Below, in pieces: positions 30,143-43,502 of a DNA stretch of 64,000 nt. Every line of letters begins with the position of its first letter. Within the stretch, counting starts at the first letter, position 1. The position numbers were made by a program, and so were the translations under genes. Source of the DNA: Eledone cirrhosa (taxonomy: Eukaryota). The stretch spans positions 47,678,001 through 47,742,000 of the forward strand of contig OZ024748.1 in NCBI GenBank assembly GCA_964016885.1. Direction: 5' to 3'. The notes beneath the pieces are model-generated. The model was not told the origin of the DNA and ran no database searches. It saw only the letters and a list, made by a program, of their open reading frames with translations.

Positions 30143-30866
30143 CATATATACATATATATATATACATATCTATATATATACATATACATATATATACATA
30201 TATATACATATCTATATATATACATACATATATATATATATATATAAATATATATATACATATATATATATATATACATATATATACATACATATATATA
30301 CATATACATATATATATATACTTCTGATTAAGATTTAATCTCCTCCACACACTCCAAACCGTTAACGGCTGTTCCTTATTAAATTATTATAATTAATTCC
30401 TGTTAATCTCTACCTACATCATCCTAAATATCATCATTACTATTATTATTATTATTGTTGTTTTATTTTCAGATTTTAATCTCCTCTGGATAATATAATT
30501 AACATAAAATTTTAGTTGACTCGTAAAGAGACCTAATTAATTTGTGTTTCATTAAATAGAATTCTCTTGTTTATTTCCAAAGCCAAATTTTATGTAAAAC
30601 TGAAACTGAAATCTTCAGACAAGATTTTTATCTCATTTTCCCCAAAAATCTTTGTTTTTTCACCAACAAAGAATCAAAATTAAAAAAAATCTTATTTCAA
30701 TCTCTTTTTTTTTTTTTTACATATTTTTCAACAAATTAACTGTTTCTGTTTTAATTATATATACATACAAACACACACATAATATATATATATATATCAT
30801 CATCATCATCATCATCATCATCATCGTTTAATGTCCATCTTCCATGCTAGCATGGGTTAGACATAC

Positions 30867-30917
<51 letters not shown>

Positions 30918-30921
<4 letters not shown>

Positions 30922-31146
30922 AACGAGTAGGACCCCGACGGCTGAGCTCAAGCCATTTCGACGGCTAATTCTGGACTAAAAAAAAAAAAAAAAATTTTTT
31001 TTTTTTTTTAGTCCAGAATTAGCCGTCGAAACGGCATGAGCTCAGCCGTCGGGGTCCTACTCGTTCCTATTACCCACTCTACTACCCTAAGTATTGAGTA
31101 CTTTGGTGCGTTACGGTCCTCCTGGCTCCTTACCACATTTCCTTCG

Positions 31147-31147
<1 letters not shown>
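30918..31147 (+). mobile_element. Fold-back insertion with an A17/T15 centre and ~78-bp tail
   Basis: Arms 30918-30994 and 30995-31069. The same family occurs at 1-14 and 56048-56100. Confidence 0.78.
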
Positions 31148-31185
<38 letters not shown>

Positions 31186-31361
31186 TATAATTACGTATTT
31201 ATAGATATACACATGAACACATATATTATATATATACACAGATATATATATATATATACTTGAAGGCGGTCGCCCTGACTAGAAACTGCTAAATGTGTGG
31301 CCCCCTTCTTGTCTCTCTGCCTTTTCAGCCCTATGGATTATATTCCTTTGTTAAATTTCGA

Positions 31362-31420
31362 ATACCTGACGATGTCACCGGATTCATACTGAACCCCGGT
31401 CATTGAAATGTTCATAGTAT
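31362..31420 (+). ncRNA. Type I hammerhead ribozyme in a pLTR remnant (31260-31468)
   Basis: ATAC-CTGACGA-..CCGG..CCGG..-GAAA-TGTTCA-TA-GTAT, followed by AATAAA. Confidence 0.72.
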
Positions 31421-31524
31421 AATAAACCTTTAAGGAATTACACCAGTCCAGCTTCCTGTTATTTTATAATATATATATAAACATACATGTGTATATCTAT
31501 AATACGTGAATATATATATATATA

Positions 31525-31862
31525 TCATCATCATCATCGTTTAACGTCTTTCTTCCACGCTAGCATGGGTTCAGATGTATCATCATCATCATCATTTCAT
31601 TTTACGTCCGCTTTCCCCCTGCTTGCAAGGGTGGGATGGGAACTGATTCTGGCTTGATTTCTACAGCTGGATGCCCTTCCTAACACCAACCTCATTTACA
31701 GTGAGTGCTGGGTGATTTTTTTGCCGTGGCATCTCCACGACCACTTTGCAGTGGAATGATATGGACCCCTGGAGCAATGTGAAATAAAGTGTCTTGCTCA
31801 AGGAAACAACACATAACCCGGTCTAACAATTGAACTCACAACCTTTCGATTGCAAGGCCAAT
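31525..31862 (-). mobile_element. CORE-type SINE (internally deleted) plus an extra tail fragment
   Basis: Same head, CORE and tail motifs as 47787-48105. Confidence 0.82.
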
Positions 31863-31889
31863 AACATATATATATATATATATATATAT

Positions 31890-32025
31890 GTTATTTCTCA
31901 TTCTTTCTTGTGATGAAGGACTAGCGTATGAAATGTTAAGACCCTCTTCCTGCTATATCAAGTGTTAAACTAATATATCCCTTACATATACTGTACTAAC
32001 TGTGTTGTTATTTCTGTTTACCTTT

Positions 32026-32028
<3 letters not shown>
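31890..32028 (+). mobile_element. pLTR remnant with a mutated hammerhead core
   Basis: GTGATGA-AGGACTAGCGTAT-GAAATGTTA; homologous to 46545-46684; TA flanks. Confidence 0.65.
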
Positions 32029-32121
<93 letters not shown>

Positions 32122-32417
32122 CATGAGCACACACACAAATATTGTTGGAGCTCCATTAGTTCTGATGATATTTATTCCAGTGGTACGAACAACAGAACAA
32201 TCTGCTAATGAAATTACATGAAAGGTGGCCATCCGTTCAACATAGTTCTCAACGGGGTGGGCCATGAACACAGTGCTACATAAGGCTATAAAATACATTC
32301 AGAAGAGAGAGGGATCATAAATTGGGTCCACATGGTGGTCACAGGCTCCATTTGAGTACTGACCAGTCTGTGATGACATTCGCAGCCCTTTCTGAGAGGG
32401 AAAACACATTAAATAAT

Positions 32418-32601
32418 TGTTTCTACTTTTGGCACAAGGCCAGCAATTACTCAGTAGATTACTGGTACTTTATTTTATCGACCCCGTAAGGATGAAAGGC
32501 AAAGTTAACCTTGGCGGGACTTGAACTCAGATCGTAAAGGGACGTAACTACACTGGAAAGCATGTCCGACCCTCGACCGATACTGCCAATTCACCGCCCT
32601 T
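32418..32601 (-). mobile_element. Full-length SINE family 2 with a 16-bp TSD
   Basis: AAACACATTAAATAAT at 32402-32417 and 32602-32617. Confidence 0.88.
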
Positions 32602-32643
32602 AAACACATTAAATAATGATGTTGTTAGTGATATATATGTATG

Positions 32644-33251
32644 TATGAGGGTTGGCTAAAGAATTCATAGCGTGCCTATGAAGGAGTGATGCTAGTGCTG
32701 TGAAATCTTGAATGTCTTAATTTAAACTTTTCTTATTAATAACTGCATTGTTTCTTTCTGGGGACAATGCTGCAAAATAAACCACATTTGGTCATTTCAT
32801 GAGAGTATCTTGGTCAGATTATAAAGGAATGATGCTAGAGCTGTGAAATCTTGCATGTATTAATTTTAACTTTTCTTCTTAATAATTGCATTGTTTCTTT
32901 CTGGGGACTATGTTGAAAAATAAACCACATTTGGTCATTCCATGAGAATATCTTGGTCAGCCTATAACTTTTCAGCTGAACCTCGTACATATAGATGCAT
33001 ATATAAACAAACACGCAAACACACACACATACACACATATATATATATATACGAGGGTTGATTGAAAACTTCATACGCTGACTATCAAGAAGAGATGCTA
33101 AAGCTGTGAAATCTTCCATGTATTAATTTCAACTCTTTTTATTAATAACTGCATTGTTTGTTTCTGAGGACAATGTTGAAAAATAAACTTCATTTGGTCA
33201 TTCCATGAGAGTATCTTGGTCAACCTTTAAACTTTACATCTGACACTCATA
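32644..33251. mobile_element. Two adjacent Tc1/mariner-type MITEs (32644-32987 with internal duplication; 33050-33251)
   Basis: TA-YGAGGGT...AAAA termini inverted with ...TTTTCAGCTGAACCTCG-TA; internal sequence present three times. Confidence 0.7.
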
Positions 33252-33491
33252 TATATTTGTGTGTCTGTGTCTGTGTGTTTGTTTCTTCTCTTCACATTCA
33301 ACTTTGCAGAGGCAGCATAATATTTGTTTACATGCTACATAAACTGAAATCCCACTGCTCATCAATTACATGCGGAAAGATCTATATCTGACATGATAAA
33401 AGGCAAAGCTGATCGCAGCAGTTATTTGAACTTGAAGTGCAGAGAACCGGAAGAAATATCCCAAATCCTATTTGAAGCTTATGTGCAATAG

Positions 33492-33544
<53 letters not shown>

Positions 33545-33859
33545 TATGATCATAACCAATACTTTGCAGCATTTAATTTTATCGTCCATTTATGTTCTGG
33601 TTTGAAATCAATCTTATTATTTACTGGGTCAACTTGACCTTTGTCTTGTGTTGACCAAGACATTTAAAATTAAATACCGAGATATATTTAAGGAGATTGC
33701 TCACCATCTACCCTCTCACCTCCCCTAACACATGGGCAATTACTATATGTTGATTTCTTCTTTTCCTTTGCTCAATGAAATCCTCCCCAAATTTGTGTTG
33801 CTGTTTTTTTTTTTTGTCTTTTTTGGATTGTTGCTCAACCTTGTGGCCTAAAAGAGAAA

Positions 33860-33929
33860 TCACCATCATCATCATCATCATCGTCCTCAACCTCCTCATC
33901 ATTGCAATCATCCTCATCATTATCATTGC

Positions 33930-33960
<31 letters not shown>

Positions 33961-35865
33961 GTTATTATCATTGTCATCATCATCACCATTGTCATCATTG
34001 TCATCATCATTGTCATCATCAGCACCACCATCATCATCATTTTCATTATTGCCAACATCTTCATTGTCATCATCGCAATCATCTTCATCATCATCACCAT
34101 TGTCATCATCATTGTCATCATCATCACCATTGTCATCATCATTGTCATCATCATTGTCATCATCATTGTCATCATCATTGTCATCATCATCACCACCATC
34201 ATCACCATTGTCATCATCATTGTCATCATCATCACCATTGTCATCATCATTGTCATCATCATCACCACCATCATCACCATTGTCACCATCGCAATCATCT
34301 TCATCACCATCACCATCATTGTTATTATCAATGTCGTCTTTATCATTGTCATCATCGTCATTGACAGCATCATCTTCATCAACACCACCCAGGATCCTGG
34401 CCATCATCATCATCATCATCATTGTCTCCACCATCATCGTTACCATCCTCATCATCACCATCATCACCACCATCACCACCACAACCACCACCACCATCAC
34501 CAACACTATCATCATCACCACCATCACCACCATCACCATCACCTCCATCACCACCACCACCACCATCACCACCACAACCACCACCACCATCACCAACACC
34601 ATCATCATCATCAACACCAACACCATCACCATCATCATAATCACCACCACCATCATCACCATCATCACCACCACCTCCACCACCATCATCACCACCACCA
34701 TTACCATCACCACCATCATAATCACCACCACCATCATCACCATCATCACCACCACCATCACCACCACCATCACCACGACCATCATCATCATCATCACCAC
34801 CATCATCACCATCGCCACCATCACCATCACCATCACCATCATCATCATCACCACCAACGTCATCACCATCACCACCACCACCGCCACCATCACCACCATC
34901 ACCACCACCATCACCACCGCCACCATCACCACCATCATCACCATCGCCACCATCACCACCATCACCATCACCATCATCACCACCACCACCATCACCACCA
35001 TCACCATCACTGTTGATGTGGTTTAGGCATGAAGACAAATCTAAAGACAAATGGCGCTGGATTACATTTAATGGTTGCTTTTGCAAACTGTTGCTTCAAT
35101 TATCTCTCCAACACACACACATACACACACACATGCACACCCACACACACATGCACACATACATACATACACAAACACACGCACACACACACATACACAC
35201 TAACACACACACACACACACATTAACACACACGCTGATACAAGCACACACACACACTAACACTCATACTGACACACACACATGCATACACACACATGCAC
35301 ACATACATACACAAACACAGACACACAAACACACATGTACAAACACACACATACATAGACAGAGACACATACACACACACACAAACACATGCACATACTG
35401 ACACACACACAGATACACACTCACAAACACACACAGACAGACAGATACAGACACATACACACACACATGCACATACAGACACACAGATACATACAGACAT
35501 ATACATACACAAACACATACAAACACACACATGCACAACACATACATGCACACAGATAGACATAAACAGACACATATGCACACAAACACACACACAAACA
35601 CACACATGCACAACACATACACAAACATACATTCACAAACACATACTCAACTCACAAACACACATACACGCACTCATACAAACAAACAGATACACACACA
35701 GTCACAAACACACACACACACACACAGGCAAACACACAAACAGGCATACATACTCACACACACACACACACATATATATATATACACACATATACAAACA
35801 CACAGATACACAGTCACAGACACACAGAGATACAAACATACATACATACATACAGATCCACACAG

Positions 35866-35922
<57 letters not shown>

Positions 35923-36109
35923 CACATATATATATATACACACATATACAAACACACAGATACACAGTCACAGACACACAGAGATACAAACATACATACA
36001 TACAGATCCACACAGTCACACACACATATATATACACACATATACAAACACACAGATACAATCACAGACACACAGAGATACAAACATACATACATACAGA
36101 TCCACACAG

Positions 36110-36164
<55 letters not shown>

Positions 36165-36192
36165 AACACACATACACACACACACACACACA
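33860..36192. repeat. (CAT/CAC)n arrays followed by a complex (CA)n array
   Basis: Directly visible. Confidence 0.95.
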
Positions 36193-36659
36193 ATCATATA
36201 ATTGCCATATATTTTGAAGCCCAATAAAACTCCCAGCTTATGCAATAACCTTCTAAACCCAATCAATTAAGATACCCGATGTAATAACAATGTTTTCCTC
36301 TCTTTCATATTCTTTGAACCATTTTATGAAAAGGGTTAATTAAAATATTCTGTTTGTTACACAAGGAAAACATTGTAAACTTCATCAAAATACAGGAGGA
36401 TCTCAAATTAGTTTTTAAAAATTAACCCTTCGCTAATCGTCTGTCTCTAGTGTTGGAGTTACCATTGTGCTTAGCTGTGTTGAATCACAGGACCCCTTGG
36501 CCAGGAGGGGCATCTTCCTGCCAAAAATATGTTTTATCTCCTTCAGGGTCTAAGTAAGGGTCCTCATAACTTAACTAGCACAAGGACAGGGCCTCATTTG
36601 TCATAAATCCAGCACTGTTTCTGTGTAACTTACTACTGCCCATTATGTCCATTAAAATT

Positions 36660-37520
36660 TAGGGCAGCTCTGAAGGTCTTCCTCTCTTGTCTGTCCTGGA
36701 TCAGTTTGTTTATGGTACCCTATGTGTGTTGCTAGGGCTTCATCTCTCCCTCAATGGTTTTGTGCCAGGTTTTCTTCCCTCCCTCAACACAGAACATTTT
36801 CAGATAGACACATATATAAACACTGTGCTACATACCCTCTGGTATGTCTGTCCTGGGTCAGCTTCTTTATGGTACCTCATATGTGTTGCCAGGTCTTCAC
36901 CTCTCCCTCAACTGTTCTGCATCAGGTTTTCATCTCTCCTTCAACACAGGACATTTAGATTTTCAGATAGACACATATATAAACACTGTGCTACATACCC
37001 TCTGGTATGTCTGTCCTGGGTCAGCTTCTTTATGGTACCTCATATGTGTTGCCAGGTCTTCACCTCTCCCTCAACTGTTCTGTATCAGGTTTTCATCTCT
37101 CCTTCAACACAGGACATTTAGATTTTCAGATAGACACATATAAATACTGCAAAACATGCTCACTGATATATAGGGCAGCAATGAAAGTCCCCCGCTGTCC
37201 TTGGCCAGTTTCTGGATGGTACCTCATGCATGTTGCCTTGTCTTCATCTCTCCCTCAACTTCTGTGCCAGGTGTTGTTTGACCGTCCTCGTTTTCACCTG
37301 ACTTCTGGTGTCTAGTGAAGGGCTGTTCTTGGAATGTCATCTTTCTCTCTTCTGAGAACATGTCCTATCCACTTCCATCATCTTCTGAGAAGGATAGCTG
37401 ACATTCTCCTGTTGGCATCTACCCAGCAATTCCTCACTGGAGATATTTTCAGGTCAAAAAATTCTAAGAATTCTTTTAAGATTCTTTGTGTCAAATTTGC
37501 TCAGGTCATCCTCTGTCATT
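36660..37520 (-). mobile_element. Decayed RTE-like LINE 3' end with a 163-bp tandem amplification of its terminus
   Basis: Minus strand near 37270-37400 reads WKWIGHVLRRE...TPE..KRGR. CAGATAGACACAT recurs at 36801, 36964 and 37127. Confidence 0.7.
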
Positions 37521-37779
37521 TTCCAGCATTCTGAAGGGTGGAAAGAACACTGTGTGTTTGCCCACTTCAACTTTCATTTTCCTACTTATGCTCTTTTGCC
37601 CTCCTCTTTGCCTATTTGCCCTGTTTTCCCGCCTCCAAATGTACCTATTTTCCTGTTTATATACGTGTCTATCTGCAAATCTAAATGTTCTCTGTTTGAG
37701 GACTACTCACTGGATACAATTCACAAGCTTTATACACATAAAATCTGAATACAGAACTGTTTTATGTGTATAAATGTGT

Positions 37780-38275
37780 AACACCTAGTCCATTCAGTAA
37801 AGTGATTGTGATGGTGACACAAGAAAAAGCACCCAGTCCACACTGTAAAGTGGTTGGGTTGGTGACATGGCAACAAATACCCAGTTCACACTGTAAGCTT
37901 GGTTCAGTGCCACGATAAAAAGCACCCAAACCACACACTAACATAGTATCAAGAAGTGTATCCAGCCATAGGAACATAGCCACAATACAGATCCAAATGA
38001 GCAAGATGTGGTTTCTGGACCTGACTTGTCGCATAACATGAAAGCCCATCTATCCCATGTAAGTATGGAAAATGGATGTTGCCTAATGATGATAATTGTC
38101 TCTACTTTAGGCACAGGGCTAGCAATTATCCAGTGCATTACTGGTACTTTATTTTATCGACCTCGTAAGGATGAAAGGCAAAATCAACCTCTGCGGGATT
38201 TGAACTCAGATCGTAAAGGGACGTAACTATGCTGGAAAGCATGGCGTCCGACCCTCTACTGATACTGCCAATCCA
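37780..38275. mobile_element. Old SINE/RTE tail (+, 37780-38093) with SINE family 2 (-, 38094-38275) inserted at its GAT tail
   Basis: AATGATGA flanks the second element; ~47-bp subrepeats in the first. Confidence 0.75.
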
Positions 38276-38444
38276 AAATGATGAGTACTAAGTATATGTA
38301 TTCAATACCACCTGTTATATACTCTTTTACCTGTTCCAGCCACCTGGCTGAGGCCATGCTGGGTACCTATGTATGTACATATATATGGTATGTATGTACA
38401 TATATATATATATATGTACCAAAAATATATAATCAAAAATACAC

Positions 38445-38778
38445 CCCCAGCCCACTACCACCACTCCCATCTACATCACCCCTTTCAATGTAAAGTTATG
38501 TTGGTACCACAACATCCAGTCCTAAATAAATGAGGTCGGGTAGGTGTCACGACAAAAAAAAAAACACACAGTCCACGCTGTAATGTGGCCGTGTAGGTAA
38601 CACGGTAAAAACCTCCCAGTCCACACTGTAAACGTGGTTGGTGTTAGGAAGGGCATCCAGCCGTAGAAAACCCACCAGACAGTCCTGAGCAAGACAACCA
38701 ATCTTGCCTCAAGTGGGACAATCCCCGTCCAGACCCATGCTAGCATGAAAGATGGACGTTAAACAATGATGGTGATGA

Positions 38779-38781
<3 letters not shown>
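38445..38781 (+). mobile_element. RTE LINE 3'UTR copy
   Basis: Reverse-complement match to ~50720-51005; (GAT)n tail. Confidence 0.82.
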
Positions 38782-38815
<34 letters not shown>

Positions 38816-38894
38816 TCAGTCTCCTTATGTTTAAGTTGCTTGAAAGTGAGTATATCGATAGGGAATGATGTTTTATCTACCCTTCGGTGACTTG

Positions 38895-39000
38895 TATAGG
38901 ATGTGTCCCAAAAAATGTATACACACATCAGCAGAATTCTAATAAATATTGCCTGTGCTGGTAATCAAAGTGTGTATACATTTTGAGGGGACTCCTTGTA
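38895..39000. mobile_element. ~105-bp Tc1/mariner-type MITE
   Basis: TA..GTCCCAAAAAATGTATACACAC ... GTGTGTATACATTTTGAGGGGAC..TA inverted termini. Confidence 0.7.
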
Positions 39001-39104
39001 ATTCTACTTCTCTGAATAAGATCTTTTAACAATCACTTTTCATTGAGATGTTATATTATATTCCTGACAAATTTAATTATGCTTAATAATATATAAACAC
39101 ACAT

Positions 39105-39135
<31 letters not shown>

Positions 39136-39471
39136 ATATATATATAAATGCACACAGAACATATCACACGCACACAACAGATAGACAGGCTCCAGCAGTT
39201 GTCAAAATGTTTTCCCAATTTAATAAAAATATCAACATCATTAATAAGACTTAATCTCCATCTTGTAAAATATTTTGCTAACGTCAGCTGTTTACAAATT
39301 CCTTCCTTCAAACTCTATCAATACATTCTCCATTCACTAAATTGTTGTTGTTGTTGGGGTTCTTTTAGTAGTTGTTCTTGTAGCTGTTTAGTCAGCAAAG
39401 TTGCGGTTGTTGTTGTATTTAATACACAAGCTGTCCAAAAAGTCATTTGACAATTGTATACAAATATATAC

Positions 39472-39505
<34 letters not shown>

Positions 39506-39619
39506 AAATTATCTAGTAACTTTGTGGACACCCTCTATTGACAAGTACTTTGCAAAGATATTCAAGTTGACCCTGTTTGGATAGGTAGGGAGGAAAACTC
39601 ATTCTCTTTTATATAAACA

Positions 39620-40875
39620 TATATACACGAGGTCTGAACACAAAGGAACCAACCTCCCACTGTCACTGCCTCTGTCCCTCCAGCTCTCCCCATCTCTCAT
39701 ATACACCAGGTCCGAACACAAAGGAACCAACCTCTCACTGTCACTGCCTCTGTCTCTCCAGCTCTCCCCATCTCTTATATACACCAGGTCCGAACACAAA
39801 GGAACCAACCCCCCACTGTCACTGCCTCTGTCTCTCCCGCTCTCCCCCATCTCTCATATACACGAGGTCCGAACACAAAGAAACCAACCTCCCACTGTCA
39901 CTGCCTCTGTCTCTCCAGCTCTCCCCATCTCTCATATACACGAGGTCCGAACACAAAGGAACCAACCTCCCACTGTCACTGCCTCTGTCTCTCCAGCTCT
40001 CCCCATCTCTCATATACACGAGGTCCGAACACAAAGGAACCAACCTCCCACTGTCACTGCCTCTGTCTCTCCAGCTCTCCCCATCTCTCATATACACGAG
40101 GTCCGAACACAAAGGAACCAACCTCCCACTGTCACTGCCTCTGTCTCTCCCGCTCTCCCCATCTCTCATATACACGAGGTCTGAACACAAAGGAACCAAC
40201 CTCCCACTGTCACTGCCTCTGTCTCTCCAGCTCTCCCCATCTCTCATATACACGAGGTCCGAACACAAAGAAACCAAACTCCCACTGTCACTGCCTCTGT
40301 CTCTCCCGCTCTCCCCATCTCTCATATACACGAGGTCCGAACACAAAGAAACCAACCTCCCACTGTCACTGCCTCTGTCTCTCCAGCTCTCCCCCATCTC
40401 TCATATACACGAGGTCCGAACACAAAGAAACCAACCTCCCACTGTCACTGCCTCTGTCTCTCCCGCTCTCCCCATCTCTCATATACACGAGGTCCGAACA
40501 CAAAGAAACCAAACTCCCACTGTCACTGCCTCTGTCTCTCCAGCTCTCCCCATCTCTCATATACACGAGGTCCGAACACAAAGGAACCAACCCCCCACTG
40601 CCACTGCCTCTGTCTCTCCCGCTCTCCCCCATCTCTCATATACACGAGGTCCGAACACAAAGGAACCAACCCCCCACTGCCACTGCCTCTGTCTCTCCAG
40701 CTCTCCCCATCTCTCATATACACGAGGTCCGAACACAAAGAAACCAACCTCCCACTGTCACTGCCTCTGTCTCTCCAGCTCTCCCCATCTCTCATATACA
40801 CGAGGTCCGAACACAAAGGAACCAACCTCCCACTGTCACTGCCTCTGTTCCTTCCGCTCTCTTCCCATCTCTCAC
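39620..40875. repeat. 78-bp minisatellite, ~16 copies
   Basis: Unit CATATACACGAGGTCCGAACACAAAGGAACCAACCTCCCACTGTCACTGCCTCTG...; period 39901 to 39979. Confidence 0.97.
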
Positions 40876-40879
40876 TATT

Positions 40880-41098
40880 ATGAGCAAACAGGGATCCATG
40901 GGAGCACATGCTGGCTGGCCTGTGGCCCCAGCAGACAGAATAGAGAAGGCGTTTTCCTAGCAGCATGGTGAGGGAGATGCGCTGGAAGAGCCATTCCAAC
41001 TCACGAGGCCCACATTTGTGGGTAGCCAACTCTGTGCTAATGGTGGCAAGCTGGGAAGTGGCCCCTAGGGCCAAGGACACCAGAGAACTCCAGGCTGT
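40880..41098 (-). mobile_element. CRE-clade-like non-LTR retrotransposon C-terminal (RLE) fragment
   Basis: LEFSGVLGP (frameshift) ... GPRELEWLFQRISL, resembling the E(T/S)xG..G / FQRIS end motif of CRE elements. Confidence 0.6.
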
Positions 41099-41891
41099 TG
41101 TATTTGTTGTTGTCGTCCTACTTATTTTTCTTCTTATAGTTGTAGTAGCTTTTGTTGCTGTATCTCTCGCTAACTGAGATCAGATTATATATATATATAT
41201 AAATATATATATATAAATATATATATATAAATATACATATACATAAATATATATAGATAGATTTCTTTATTAGCCACAAGGGCGCAACAAGAAAGGGGAC
41301 AATACAAAGACATGCCGGGGATTTTACATACAGTCGTGTAAAAAATATAAAAATCCATATACATACATATATATACATATATACTCATATATACATATAT
41401 ATACATATACATATATATGAATATACGTATATAATCCTACATAGCACCACAATCAAAAGTCTTTGTAGCTGAGTGAAGTAGAAATGTAGGAATTGAATTC
41501 TTCACTGTTATTTCATTGTGTCTTTGACGAACCTGATTCTATTCTTTATTCTACTTCTTCATATATTTCCTTCTACAGAGGTGTCGCATGTCACACATTG
41601 GTTTTACATTTCCGTCTCTTTGACTCTCTGTTTGCCTGACTGCCTGTCTGTGCGTCACCCACTCTCTCTCTCTCTATTTTTCTCCATTTCCACATTCTAT
41701 CCGATCCAGTCTCATATTCTGTCTCCTCTCTTTGCTCTACTTCTTACTCTCCTTTCTCTTCCTCTTTTGCCCTCTTCTGCCTCTTCGATATTTTTTATCT
41801 TGTTAGCTGGATCAATAATTCTACTGTTTCTAACATACACACTCCTGTTGCATGTGTGTACATAGTAAAATGTATGTTTGAGTATATATGT

Positions 41892-41933
<42 letters not shown>

Positions 41934-42002
41934 TAGCAAAATGTATGTTTGAGTATATATATATCATTTCATTTTACGTCCGCTTTTTTCCCTGCTTGCA
42001 AG

Positions 42003-42068
<66 letters not shown>

Positions 42069-42097
42069 GCAAAATGTATGTTCGAGTGTATATATAT

Positions 42098-43394
42098 CAT
42101 CATCCTCGTTTAACGTCCACTTTCCACGCTAGCATGGGTTGGTCAGGTGACCGTCACTCGCTCATATAGGACTATCTGGCAGGTTTTCTGCGGCTGGATG
42201 CCCTTCCTAACACCAACTACATTTACAGTGTGGAACTGGGAACTCTTTACCGTGTTACCTACACGGCAACATTACAGCGTGGACTGTGTGTTTTTTTCTC
42301 GTGACACCTACACAATCTTGATCTCGATCTCATTATCTCATTTATTTGGACTGGATGTTGTGGTACCAAATTTATAGAGAGGGGGTGGTGTTGGTGGGAG
42401 TGGGAGGATAGGGTAGGGGTAGTGGATTGGGGTGTATATTTGGTTAAGAGGTGCCTACTGACTGTAGGTTTCGCTTTGTACATAGGCAAGGCGGGTCTTC
42501 TGTATTACTGCGTAACGCCAAAGATCTCGGTCCAATGACATTGTCTTAGAGAGTTGCAAGTGTGTAAGTTCGTAATTTATCAGATCGTCCCAGGTTTTTC
42601 TAGGTCTACCTATTCCGTAACTACCATCAATCTTGATCGCCCTGCACTTTTTTATGCAGCTGTCGTCTTTCATGCGCATCACGTGGCCATACCAACGTAA
42701 TCTTCTCTCAAGTAAACAGCATCTGATCCCTCTTATTCCTAATTTCTCACTTAGTTCATTTATGCTTTGCTGTTCACGTATATTACTATTACACATCCAA
42801 CGGAGCATGTATGCTTCGTTCCTTTCGAGTCTACGCAGGTCCTCTGCACGCAATGCCCATGTCTCACTGCCATGTAGCATTGCTGTTCGTATACAAGCAG
42901 CATACAATCTGCCTTTCATTTTTAGAGAGAAACCTTTTGTGGCCAACAGCGGTATAAGCTCTCTGAACTTTTTCCATCCCGTTCTAACTCTGGCTACTGT
43001 ATTTTCAGAACACCCTCCACCACTGCTGATTTCGTCACCCAGGTAACGGAAAGTGTCTACTATTTTTATAGAACCATCTGGGCAATAGAAGGGGCTAGTA
43101 TCCTGTGGGCACTTGCTACTTATCGCACCTGAGCATCGGCCATATATAAAGTCTACGTTCTTAGATAGTTTACCTGTGATCCCACTACATCTTTTATGTA
43201 CCCATACTTTGCATTTGGGACATAAAATTGAATTTCTGCCTACTCCTTTCCTACACACTGATCATGGCCATTTCCCTGAGGGTATCTGTGCCTTATTTTC
43301 CTTTCTACAAACTAGGACTTTAGTCTTAGACAAGTTAACTTTAAGGCCTTTTGATTCTATGCCAAGCTTCCATGTTTGGAATTTCTTTTCTAGT

Positions 43395-43397
<3 letters not shown>
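42098..43397 (-). mobile_element. 5'-truncated RTE-clade LINE with a Cys-rich insertion
   Basis: ORF 42455-43258: CRKGVGRNSILCPKCKVWVHKRC, FRYLGD, MLHGSETW, RRLRWYGHVMR; 3'UTR and GAT tail. Confidence 0.92.
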
Positions 43398-43438
<41 letters not shown>

Positions 43439-43459
43439 CATAGCAAAATGTATGTTTGA

Positions 43460-43502
<43 letters not shown>

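Noticed and set aside
33708-35086. Poly-His and Asp-rich ORFs
   Set aside because: (CAT/CAC)n microsatellite with no gene structure.
39620-40875. CRISPR-like array (also considered for the 48-, 58- and 125-bp arrays)
   Set aside because: Units are contiguous with no unique spacers, there are no cas genes, and the context is eukaryotic.
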